Below, in pieces: positions 29,243-37,978 of a stretch of DNA of 64,000 nt. The translations under genes and the position numbers were made by a program. Within the stretch, counting starts at the first letter, position 1. The number at the start of each line of letters is the position of its first letter. Below the pieces are notes generated by a model. The model did no database searches and was not told the origin of the DNA. It saw only the letters and a list, made by a program, of their open reading frames with translations. Source of the stretch: an uncultured Bacteroidota bacterium (GTDB lineage Bacteria > Bacteroidota > Bacteroidia > Bacteroidales > GCA-2748055). The stretch lies in the NCBI GenBank assembly GCA_963783435.1, contig CAWANQ010000002.1:329044-393043 (forward strand), read 5' to 3'.

Positions 29243-30274
29243 CTAGGTATTGTTTGCAATTCCCCGCAATAACCTGCCCAGAATATCTGCTCCCGTAATA
29301 ATTTGTTTATTCTGGCTCCAGAGCAAAATAATATCCCTGTCAATCACATCATCATCCTTCGACTCGGGTTGTAAATCAAGCAATTGTAGCAACTCACCAA
29401 GCTTCCTGGTGCTGTCTTTCACCACAATGGGCTCGTGACAATAATCTTCAGGGTCAGTCTCCGGGAGCTCAAAAATAGCAGCCCTGAGAAAGCCATCTGC
29501 ATCCATGACCCAGGAAGGATTGTTATCCTCATCTGTAAAAACAATCCATTTCTCACCTGATTTATTGATACTCAATAGAAAAGCATTGTCCTTCTCACTG
29601 GACCAATCAGGGAAAACAGGTTTCCCTTTTCGATGTTCCAGTGCGATGATGCTATCTGGATTCAACACCTCCCCTTCCTGATCCGCTGCAATATCATCGA
29701 TGGTAAGAAAATTGATTGCCCCCGTTCCCTCCACGTAGTCTATCTCATCGGCATCTTCGTCATGGATGTGTCGATGGATAAGATTTGTCAGGCTTTTTTC
29801 CTTGAAGTAATGGATGCTTTCCTGGCCTACCATCCAATTAAGCATCAAAGCCGAAGGTTTGGTAACAGGGTAAAGCAGATACTGATAGAAGATCAATACA
29901 GGAGATAGCCGTGAAGCCATTTTCAGGGCATGTCTTGAAAAATAAGCCTGGGGGATGATCTCTCCCAAAAAAGTGATGACAATCGTAGAGAATAAGAACG
30001 CCGATAAGCCAGCCATGACTGAATTCGAAATCAGCGTCAGCAACACATTGATCCCCACATTTCCCCAAAGAATGGTGGCTAAGAGAAAATTTGAATCTTC
30101 TCTCAGCTTTAACACCTTTATTGCTGCCTTGTTTTTGTTGCCGGCCTCAATCTCAAGCCGTAACCTGGGAACACTGAAAAAAGCCAGGTTCAATCCAGAA
30201 AACATGGCAGATTGGGTAATGCAAAAACCTATTCCTAACCAGAGAAGAAGGTTTGTGTCTGAAGTAGGTTCCAT
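29243..30274 (-). CDS. CNNM/DUF21-domain membrane protein (CorC/HlyC-like, divergent cytosolic part)
   Basis: 343-aa ORF. The DUF21 pattern is FSGLNLAFFSVPRLRLEIEA...NFLLATILWGNVGINV. The C-terminal half is only weakly CBS-like. Confidence 0.72.
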   Translation of the reverse strand: MEPTSDTNLLLWLGIGFCITQSAMFSGLNLAFFSVPRLRLEIEAGNKNKAAIKVLKLREDSNFLLATILWGNVGINVLLTLISNSVMAGLSAFLFSTIVITFLGEIIPQAYFSRHALKMASRLSPVLIFYQYLLYPVTKPSALMLNWMVGQESIHYFKEKSLTNLIHRHIHDEDADEIDYVEGTGAINFLTIDDIAADQEGEVLNPDSIIALEHRKGKPVFPDWSSEKDNAFLLSINKSGEKWIVFTDEDNNPSWVMDADGFLRAAIFELPETDPEDYCHEPIVVKDSTRKLGELLQLLDLQPESKDDDVIDRDIILLWSQNKQIITGADILGRLLRGIANNT

Positions 30275-30283
30275 CAGCAGGGC

Positions 30284-31330
30284 TTACAAGCAAGCCATCT
30301 CGTCGTTATCGAAATTTCTATTGTAATAACTCATATAATCGACCTTGTTCTCCAACGCATCCAGAACTGCATTGCTGAAATTCACCTTTTCGAAAATCTG
30401 TGCACTACCCAGGCCGCCGGGGCTAAATACATTGATTTCCATCAGTTTATCACCAACAATGTCCAGACCCACCAAAAACATGCCATCCTGAACGAGTTTT
30501 GGCCGAACAATCTCCGCCAGTTGCAGGTGCTGGTCTGTAATTACCGCCTGCCGCATTTTTCCACCAGCATGGATATTGCTCCTCATATCATCGCCCGTTC
30601 TGACTCTTCTGAATGCTGCATATTTCCCTTTATATCGCATGGGTCTTCCATTCATCATAAACAACCTGGTATCCCCCTCATGAGCAGCTGGTAAGTATTC
30701 CTGTGCAATGATATAACCGTCTCTTTGAAGTGCTTCAACGATCTGATTAAGGTTGGATTTATCCTCCGGTTTGACCAGAAAAACACCGGATCCTCCAGAC
30801 CCTTGAAGTGGCTTTAACACAATATGGCCTCCATGCTCACTGGCGAAGTGCTTGATATCGCTCAGGTTACGGGTGATCATGGTTCGGGGGCGAACCTGTT
30901 CCGGAAAGAGCTGAAAATAGCTTTTGTTAAGTGCTTTGGACAAGCCGTTGGGATCGTTTAAAACAATTACTCCATGCCGCATGGCAATCCGGCCAAAATT
31001 AATTCCTGCTGTTGCGGCCCAGGAACGGGATCCAATCTCATTGGCCGGATCACTCCTGAGCATCAGAATATCCAGGTCATCCACTGTGATGCGTTCCATC
31101 ACCCTGGTTTTGCTCTGAAGGGCCTTTAAATATGTTTCCGTGGTCTTATAAGTTTTCTTAACTACAGAGTAAGCTCTGGCCCTGATATTTTCATCCGGAT
31201 CATAGGCAAAATCACCCAGACCGATGACCCAGACTTCATGTCCCCGGTTCGTTGCCCACATACCCAAACGGGTTGTGGTATAACCGCTCTGTTCTGTCAT
31301 TACATCATTTACTACAAATCCTATTTTCAT
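30284..31330 (-). CDS. Glutathione-synthetase-like (GshB family) ATP-grasp ligase
   Basis: 348-aa ORF. It aligns by eye with prokaryotic GshB: LMLRSDPA, VLKPLQGSGGSGVF, EGDTRLFMMNG, SNIHAGG and FLVGLDIVGDKLMEINVFSPGG. Confidence 0.8.
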   Translation of the reverse strand: MKIGFVVNDVMTEQSGYTTTRLGMWATNRGHEVWVIGLGDFAYDPDENIRARAYSVVKKTYKTTETYLKALQSKTRVMERITVDDLDILMLRSDPANEIGSRSWAATAGINFGRIAMRHGVIVLNDPNGLSKALNKSYFQLFPEQVRPRTMITRNLSDIKHFASEHGGHIVLKPLQGSGGSGVFLVKPEDKSNLNQIVEALQRDGYIIAQEYLPAAHEGDTRLFMMNGRPMRYKGKYAAFRRVRTGDDMRSNIHAGGKMRQAVITDQHLQLAEIVRPKLVQDGMFLVGLDIVGDKLMEINVFSPGGLGSAQIFEKVNFSNAVLDALENKVDYMSYYNRNFDNDEMACL

Positions 31331-31341
31331 AATTCACTGTT

Positions 31342-33249
31342 TTATATAAGGTTAAATATAAGCTTTCCATTCCTTAATTCCTCAAGCCTTGAAAGGGACT
31401 GTGGCTCGTTCAGGTATTTTGGAGAGAGAAGAGCAGGCTTTAACACCTTGCGGTATTGAAGCTCATTGATCAGGGGGATGTTTTTTATGGATATCTTTCC
31501 CACAAGCAAGGGCTCCAGCTTACCTCCTTCTCTTAGATAATCCAAAAGTCTTATCAGGCCCCTGAGGTATACTGCATCTTTGGTAAATCCACCACTCCTG
31601 TATATTCGTGAAGTAATTACATAGGCCGATCTGCTTGCAAATCCATGCCTGTGGTTTAATTCTCTGAATGTTTCGATAAAGCTAGCCCCCTCAATCAGCA
31701 TCTGGGCAGCGATGACCCGGCCGGCCAGCAACCGAAATCTGGGGGGACTCAACCCGCCCACCAGATATTCAGAAAGTACAGCTAGCCCTTCCTGTAATTC
31801 ATCATATCCGGCTAGTCCGCTATATAGCTGCTGAAGCGGTTGATTCAGACCATTCACATAGGTCAGAACATGTGTGCCTACCTCATGCTGGATCAAAGCT
31901 TCTACCCTGGATTCAGGAACTTTTAGCCGTTTGCCAATCAAAAGATTTCCGGACGAAACCATTAAACCGGTAATGTCATCGCGGACAATTACCTTAGATG
32001 CTATTTCCGGATAAACTTCTGAAAATCTGGATATTTCCTGCCTGGCCCGCTCAGCAAAGTAGTTGGCATTAACCTGTTTACTACCTCGAATTTCTCGGCT
32101 GCGGGGAGATAGTGTATCCAGGATTCCTTTTGACAAGGTGATAAGCCTTTCATCCATTTCCCCAAAAAGCTGCATGCTTCCATAGAAAAAATTGCGCGTG
32201 TTTCGATCCCTTAGCATGGAAAATTTCTTCTCCAGCTCAACCAGTTTTTCATGGAATACAGCTGATAGTGTGGGGTCCTCAATCCGGTCAAATGGAATTT
32301 TATAGAGCTGCCGTTTAAGCACCGAGGGGTCAAAATTTATCGGTCTATAATTGAACACCGGCTCTCGCGTAAATCGACTCTCATTGAATTTACTCCAGGA
32401 CTGCTCGATATTGACAGGTGTAACCATCATCAGGAAGTCAAATTGATTGCTGATTTCAGCCAGCTTCCGATCCACCTCCCAAACTGCATTCACTACTGCG
32501 CGTCGTCCAAGGGATTGATAGTTTTCTGGATTGGCTTTGGTGCGTTTCTGCGAAAAAGAGTAAGCACCCTGTTTTAGAGCCACGGATACGCCTCTGTGTA
32601 TTCTTTTTAGAACAACTGGAAATACTTCCTTTGAATCCGGATCTCGATAAATGGGAGAAACCTCAAGTCCCACTGCATAACAATTGTTTTTCAATACGTC
32701 ACCCGGTGTCAGTAAGAAGGGCAATTTCTCCGGCCAGGGTCTCTTTGAATAGGTCGTTGAAACAATCCCTCGGTTTTTGGAAACCCTGATCCGTTTTAAT
32801 GCTTTTCCAATGGATTCGATGGTTTCATCCGGGATGCGATTATCGGGTACCAGGATTCGAAATTCAGGAGCTGTCCTGCTATTGTTTGCATCAATAATGT
32901 CAATGGGAGCTACCCGGGCCCAGATTTCAATGATAAGAAAAGCACCAAAGGTGGAGGACAGTGTTTCAACAACCGCTTTCACCAGTGAAGATACGCCCGA
33001 TTTATACCTGGGTGCAGCTGGGGCCACCAGATACGAGGCCTCTCCTTTGATGAGCTGCTCCGTTCCCTCATCTGCATGAGATTTTGAACGACGGTACACA
33101 AACAAAAAGGGTAGATTTCTGTCAATATGCAACCTGCCCTGGCCGGGAAGGGTTCTTCTTACCTGTTTATTCTCACCAAGTCGTTTGGTGATTTCGTAGA
33201 TAAAATCAGCAGTAATTTCATTTTGAATTGTTACCCTACTTTGACTCAT
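31342..33249 (-). CDS. DUF1704 / MATCAP-family metallopeptidase-like protein (QEGLA motif protein)
   Basis: 635-aa ORF. It has an HExxxH motif (IQHEVGTHVLTY) followed by YDELQEGLAVLSEY, the signature of the 'QEGLA motif' family. Confidence 0.78.
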   Translation of the reverse strand: MSQSRVTIQNEITADFIYEITKRLGENKQVRRTLPGQGRLHIDRNLPFLFVYRRSKSHADEGTEQLIKGEASYLVAPAAPRYKSGVSSLVKAVVETLSSTFGAFLIIEIWARVAPIDIIDANNSRTAPEFRILVPDNRIPDETIESIGKALKRIRVSKNRGIVSTTYSKRPWPEKLPFLLTPGDVLKNNCYAVGLEVSPIYRDPDSKEVFPVVLKRIHRGVSVALKQGAYSFSQKRTKANPENYQSLGRRAVVNAVWEVDRKLAEISNQFDFLMMVTPVNIEQSWSKFNESRFTREPVFNYRPINFDPSVLKRQLYKIPFDRIEDPTLSAVFHEKLVELEKKFSMLRDRNTRNFFYGSMQLFGEMDERLITLSKGILDTLSPRSREIRGSKQVNANYFAERARQEISRFSEVYPEIASKVIVRDDITGLMVSSGNLLIGKRLKVPESRVEALIQHEVGTHVLTYVNGLNQPLQQLYSGLAGYDELQEGLAVLSEYLVGGLSPPRFRLLAGRVIAAQMLIEGASFIETFRELNHRHGFASRSAYVITSRIYRSGGFTKDAVYLRGLIRLLDYLREGGKLEPLLVGKISIKNIPLINELQYRKVLKPALLSPKYLNEPQSLSRLEELRNGKLIFNLI

Positions 33250-34031
33250 TCATCTTAGAAATTTCATCCATTAGTCCTGGAACAGTATCATTCAGCATAT
33301 CTGATATGGCTCCAATAAATTCCCAATCTGGCATACCCGACCATTCATCCATGAAAATCTTTTTAAACTCAACTGAAATGCAACATGCAGACTCTTTAAA
33401 ATTATTGTGAATCCAGGTGGGAAAATAACCTCCCCGAAACTTAACATTTTCCCTCACATCCAATTTCCTCCCCAGGATGTCAGCACCTTTCAAATCATTT
33501 ATAAACCTATCTACCAAAGGTGCCCAATAATTTCGATCCATGGTCCCTGTACCGATATTTATTTCAGGATTCAATAGGGGATCATCGGGTGGGGCATCCG
33601 CTCCTTTGCGACGATGGTTATAACTATGAAAATCAAGAATCACGATTTTCCCGAAGCGTTCAATCAGGCTGGCTAAGGCCCTCATGAATTCTCTCATACG
33701 TTTCTGTATACTCTTTCAGTGCATTTTGAGTAACTGCTTCCGGGGGCGCTGCTTTCCATACATTCAGTCCCCATGCATCCGAGGGTGACAGGTAAATGGC
33801 CTTCTCGGGGGGGCGGTTGAGATCAAATTCAAATCGGGACATGCGCGCCACGATATGATTTTCAGACATTTTTGCCCAAACGCCGGTAAATGGGTCTTCC
33901 TCCCTCAGCCGATCTAGTCTCACTCAATGCGAACAGGCGAAGATGATCCATACTTAACTGGTGTCCATCGTGAATCGCCGTTGTAACGATTGGGGAATTA
34001 CTTTTTAACTCAATAACGCAAGTCTGGTTCA
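33236..34031 (-). pseudogene. N-formylglutamate-amidohydrolase-family (FGase) gene interrupted by 2-3 frame changes
   Basis: Three pieces make up the gene. The first is ATG at 34031, shifting within a few codons into ..PDCVIELKSNSPIVTTAIHDGHQLS..LFALSE (unlisted frame, open 33862-34089). The second is RLDRLREEDPFTGVW...EYTETYER (33660-33923). The third is EFMRALASLIERFGKIVILDFHSYNHRR... (33236-33697). Joined, they read as one FGase-like protein. Confidence 0.62.
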
Positions 34032-34036
34032 TATTT

Positions 34037-34065
34037 ATTTAGACTGCGTAAAACAGAATGGTCAC
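34037..34065 (-). promoter_or_regulatory. Predicted ECF-sigma-type promoter, site e (TGTGACCATT-N11-AGTCTAAA)
   Basis: The reverse complement of 34037-34065 is TGTGACCATTCTGTTTTACGCAGTCTAAA. The ATG at 34031 follows after 5 nt. Confidence 0.65.
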
Positions 34066-34149
34066 AATTCGGGGATCCCCTGGCTTCCAAAAGACAACTG
34101 CGCTAGTTGAACGATATTTCTGATGGGAAAAAAGCTACCCGATTTTTTT

Positions 34150-34178
34150 TGTGACCAATGGCTCAAAGTGGGTCTGAA
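34150..34178 (+). promoter_or_regulatory. Predicted ECF-sigma-type promoter, site f (TGTGACCAAT-N11-GGTCTGAA)
   Basis: The sequence is TGTGACCAATGGCTCAAAGTGGGTCTGAA. It ends 23 nt before the ATG at 34202 and is divergent from site e. Confidence 0.6.
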
Positions 34179-34201
34179 AATATATACTCAATGGGAATTG
34201 T

Positions 34202-35728
34202 ATGAAAGAAATTGAAAATATAGAATTGGCGTTTTTAAGCCTGAATGATTATCAGGAACTTAAAGAAGCCATGATTGAATCATACAGTAGTATGCCTAAT
34301 TCATATTGGAAAGAGCATCACATTAAAGCCTTGATAGAAAGATTTCCAGAGGGCCAGGTGGTTATCAAGGTTAACGGGCAGATTGCAGGTTGCGCACTAT
34401 CCATCATTGTAGACTATAATAAGTATGACGAGGATCATACCTACAAAGAAATAACCGGGAACTATACTTTTGACACACACAGTGCCGATGGCGATATGCT
34501 CTACGGGATTGATGTTTTCATTAAACCAGAATTCAGGGGACTAAGACTAGGGAGAAGACTCTATGATTATAGAAAAGAACTATGTGAAAGGATAAACTTA
34601 AAAGGCGTAGCATTTGGAGGCAGAATACCCAATTACCACAAACATTCCAATGAGCTGACCCCCAAAGAATACATCGCAGCTGTCAGGCGGAAAGAGATCA
34701 CAGACCCTGTACTTAATTTTCAAATATCCAATGATTTTCACCCTTCAAAAATTCTCAAGAATTATCTTGACGGAGATGCGGCCTCCAATGAATATGCAGT
34801 ACTCCTGGAATGGGACAATATCTACTATGAAAAGAAGAGTAAAAAGGCCAGCATTACAAAAAAACTGATCCGCCTCGGTCTCATCCAGTGGCAGATGCGC
34901 CCATACAAGAGCCTGGATGAGTTGTTGCAGCAAGCAGAGTTTTTTGTGGATGCTGTCTCGGGTTACCGTTCGGATTTCGCGCTTTTTCCCGAGTTTTTTA
35001 ATGCCCCTTTGATGGCCGAAAATAACCACTTGACTGAACCAGAAGCCATCAGGGAGCTTGCCGGATTTACCCGCCAAATCGTCGATAAATTCTCAGAATT
35101 GGCCATCTCGTACAACATTAATATTATTTCCGGAAGTATGCCTGAACTTCAAAATGATAACCTTTATAATGTGGGCTACTTATGCAAAAGAGACGGGACA
35201 ACTGAAAGGTATGAGAAATTGCATGTTACCCCGGATGAAAAAAAAGTATGGGGCATGCAGAAAGGAAAGCAGCTTCAGGTTTTTGATACAGATTGTGGGA
35301 AGATTGGAATACTCATATGTTATGATGTGGAATTTCCTGAATTGAGCCGCTTACTGGCCGACGAGGGCATGGACGTGTTATTTGTTCCCTTTCTGACCGA
35401 CACTCAAAACGGGTACTCCCGGATTAGAAATTGTGCCCAGGCGCGGGCCATTGAAAATGAATGCTATGTAGCTATTGCCGGATGTGTGGGGAACCTTCCC
35501 AAAGTTCACAATATGGATATTCAATATGCTCAATCTATGGTCTTTACTCCATGTGATTTCGCATTTCCTGCCAATGGCATAAAAGCCGAAGCTACTCCCA
35601 ATACCGAAATGATTCTGATCGCAGATTGCGACGTTAGTTTATTAAGAGAACTCAACCAATTTGGAAGCGTAAGGAATTTGAAGGACAGACGCCAGGATAT
35701 TTATCAATTGCAGAAAACTCCAAAATGA
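34202..35728 (+). CDS. Fusion protein: N-terminal GNAT acetyltransferase + C-terminal carbon-nitrogen hydrolase (nitrilase superfamily)
   Basis: 508-aa ORF. The GNAT core reads GIDVFIKPEFRGLRLGRRLY. The CN-hydrolase E-K-C triad context is ALFPEFF, YEKLHVTP and GILICYDVEFPE. Confidence 0.85.
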   Translation: MKEIENIELAFLSLNDYQELKEAMIESYSSMPNSYWKEHHIKALIERFPEGQVVIKVNGQIAGCALSIIVDYNKYDEDHTYKEITGNYTFDTHSADGDMLYGIDVFIKPEFRGLRLGRRLYDYRKELCERINLKGVAFGGRIPNYHKHSNELTPKEYIAAVRRKEITDPVLNFQISNDFHPSKILKNYLDGDAASNEYAVLLEWDNIYYEKKSKKASITKKLIRLGLIQWQMRPYKSLDELLQQAEFFVDAVSGYRSDFALFPEFFNAPLMAENNHLTEPEAIRELAGFTRQIVDKFSELAISYNINIISGSMPELQNDNLYNVGYLCKRDGTTERYEKLHVTPDEKKVWGMQKGKQLQVFDTDCGKIGILICYDVEFPELSRLLADEGMDVLFVPFLTDTQNGYSRIRNCAQARAIENECYVAIAGCVGNLPKVHNMDIQYAQSMVFTPCDFAFPANGIKAEATPNTEMILIADCDVSLLRELNQFGSVRNLKDRRQDIYQLQKTPK

Positions 35729-37131
35729 AAAACACATACTTCGATTTAATAGAGCAAACCTATTACTTCCCGCAGGAAGGGTTTGATCTGAGAGATGACA
35801 ACCTGACTTTCCACGGGGTATCATTGAAACACCTGATCGAGAAGCACGGAACTCCCTTCAGATTTATCTATTTGCCAAAAATTGGAGACCAGATTAAAAA
35901 GGCAAGGAATCTGTTCAACAGGGCCATTAAAAACAATGCATATAAGGGAAAATACCATTTTTGCTATTGCACCAAATGTAATCACTTCTTTCATGTGATT
36001 AACGAAGCACTGAAACACAAGGTAGATCTTGAAACCTCCTCTTCTTTCGATATTGACCTGATTTTAAATCTGCACAAGAGGAACAAGATTGACAAAGGCA
36101 GGCTGATCGTGCACAATGGCTTTAAGACGGAAGAATATCTGAAGAAAATTATACAACTCCAGGAAGAGGGATTCACAAATTCAGTCATCATCCTGGACAG
36201 CAAAAATGAACTTGAGCGTCTGCTCCGGATTAAAACCAGTAATCCGCTAAAAGTGGGACTCAGAATGGCCATCAATGAAGAGGCTCAATCTGCCTATTAC
36301 ACTTCACGTCTGGGCATCCCTCCGGATGATATCATCGCTTTATTTAAAAAACACATCAGGGATAATAGCAGGGTGGAGCTAAAGATGCTTCATTTTTTCG
36401 TGGATTCGGGCATCAAAGACACGCTCTACTTCTGGGGAGAGTTCCAGAAAGCGCTTAAACTCTATGTGGCACTCAAAAAGGAGAGTGAGAATCTGGAAGC
36501 CTTTAATATTGGAGGAGGTTTTCCCATCCGCAATCACCTGGGATTTGAGTACAACTATGAATACATGATCAATGAGATCATCAAAAATATCAAAGAGGCC
36601 TGCACCAAAGAGAATGTGAAAGAGCCCGATATTTTTACAGAGTTCGGCCGCTTTACAGTGGGTGAGGCAGGCGCCATCATCTTTGAAGTCCTTGAACAAA
36701 AGAAGCAAAATGACACGGAAACCTGGTACATCATCAACAACAGCCTGATGAATACCATCCCCGATGCCTGGTCCATCCATGAGAAATTTATCCTGCTCCC
36801 GGTCAACAAATGGGACCATGAGTACGGACGTGCCAACATCGGGGGCATCAGTTGTGATCATTCGGACTATTACAACTCGGAGGACCTCAACCAGGAGATT
36901 TTGCTTCCTACATATGACAGCAAGGAAAAAGAACCCCTCTACCTCGGATTCTTTCATACCGGCGCCTACCAGGATTCAATCAGCGGTTACGGAGGTATTA
37001 AACACTGCCTTATCCCCTCCCCCAAGCATGTAATCATTGACCGGGATTCCAAAGGGAATATCATTGACCATGTATACCGCGAAGAACAGTCGGTCAAAGA
37101 AATGTTCAATATACTTGGATACAATGAATGA
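35725..37131 (+). CDS. Type III PLP (Orn/DAP/Arg) decarboxylase, probable arginine decarboxylase
   Basis: 468-aa ORF. It has GTPFRFIYLPKI, the PLP-lysine context FCYCTKCNHF, and NIGGGFP. Arginine specificity is inferred from the adjacent agmatinase. It overlaps the upstream gene by 4 nt. Confidence 0.72.
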   Translation: MKNTYFDLIEQTYYFPQEGFDLRDDNLTFHGVSLKHLIEKHGTPFRFIYLPKIGDQIKKARNLFNRAIKNNAYKGKYHFCYCTKCNHFFHVINEALKHKVDLETSSSFDIDLILNLHKRNKIDKGRLIVHNGFKTEEYLKKIIQLQEEGFTNSVIILDSKNELERLLRIKTSNPLKVGLRMAINEEAQSAYYTSRLGIPPDDIIALFKKHIRDNSRVELKMLHFFVDSGIKDTLYFWGEFQKALKLYVALKKESENLEAFNIGGGFPIRNHLGFEYNYEYMINEIIKNIKEACTKENVKEPDIFTEFGRFTVGEAGAIIFEVLEQKKQNDTETWYIINNSLMNTIPDAWSIHEKFILLPVNKWDHEYGRANIGGISCDHSDYYNSEDLNQEILLPTYDSKEKEPLYLGFFHTGAYQDSISGYGGIKHCLIPSPKHVIIDRDSKGNIIDHVYREEQSVKEMFNILGYNE

Positions 37132-37978
37132 CGTGAAAACTTTCGGAGGTATCGGGAAGGAGTATGCCGGCCATGATCAATCGCAAATACTCCTGCAATC
37201 CATCCCCTATGATGGTACAAGTACATGGGGAAAGGGTGCAGACAGGGGATTTGAGGCCTTCCTTGAAGCCGCCGAAAATATGGAACTGTACGATATCGAA
37301 ACCGAATCGGAGGTCTACAGGCATGGCATCCACATACTGCCCGGGATCACAGAGAAAACTTCCCCGGAAGCGGTATACTCGGTGGTTCTGGAACAAACCC
37401 AAAAGCTCCTTTCCAGGAATAAGTTTCTCACCTTCTTCGGCGGGGAACACTCCATCAGCATTGGCATCATTGAGGCCTACAGGAAAGCCTTTCCTGACCT
37501 GACGGTTCTTCAACTGGATGCCCATGCCGATTTAAGGAAACAATATATGAACTCACCCTACAATCACGCCTGTGCCATGCACAGGGCCAGTAAATCGACC
37601 AACCTGGTCCAGGTCGGTATCAGAAGCATGGATGTTTGCGAGAAAGAGTACCTGGATCCTCAGAAGTGCTTCTTTGCCCACAATATGCATTCGAACAGAT
37701 CCTGGGAGGAAGCATCCATTGACTTGATGAGTGAGCATGTATACCTCTCCATAGACCTGGATGTGCTGGATCCCTCTGTGATGCCTTCCACAGGCACACC
37801 AGAACCGGGAGGAATGGACTGGTATATGACCCTGGAATACCTTAAGAAAGTGTTCCTGGCCAAAAACATTGTTGGATTTGACATCGTAGAATTTGCGCCC
37901 ATAAAGGATCTGAAGGCTCCGGATTTCCTGGTGGCCAAACTATACTACAAACTTCTGTCCTATAAATTTCACCTTTGA
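37124..37978 (+). CDS. speB: Agmatinase (arginase/ureohydrolase family)
   Basis: The start is reassigned to MNDVKTFGGI at 37124. The Mn-ligand motifs are GGEHSIS, LQLDAHADLR and LSIDLDVLDPS...TGTPEPGG. Confidence 0.85.
   Translation: MNDVKTFGGIGKEYAGHDQSQILLQSIPYDGTSTWGKGADRGFEAFLEAAENMELYDIETESEVYRHGIHILPGITEKTSPEAVYSVVLEQTQKLLSRNKFLTFFGGEHSISIGIIEAYRKAFPDLTVLQLDAHADLRKQYMNSPYNHACAMHRASKSTNLVQVGIRSMDVCEKEYLDPQKCFFAHNMHSNRSWEEASIDLMSEHVYLSIDLDVLDPSVMPSTGTPEPGGMDWYMTLEYLKKVFLAKNIVGFDIVEFAPIKDLKAPDFLVAKLYYKLLSYKFHL

Noticed and set aside
34032-34089. A TTG at 34087-34089 as the start for the frame that encodes the conserved FGase N-terminus.
   Set aside because: It lies upstream of promoter site e and would add a non-conserved 20-aa extension. 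The ATG at 34031 followed by an early frame change fits the promoter position better.
36379-36957. Long antisense ORFs inside well-supported genes (for example 36379-36957, 47764-48252, 4613-5065, 13024-13440, 16630-16998).
   Set aside because: These are shadow ORFs opposite strongly motif-supported coding sequence. None has a recognisable motif.
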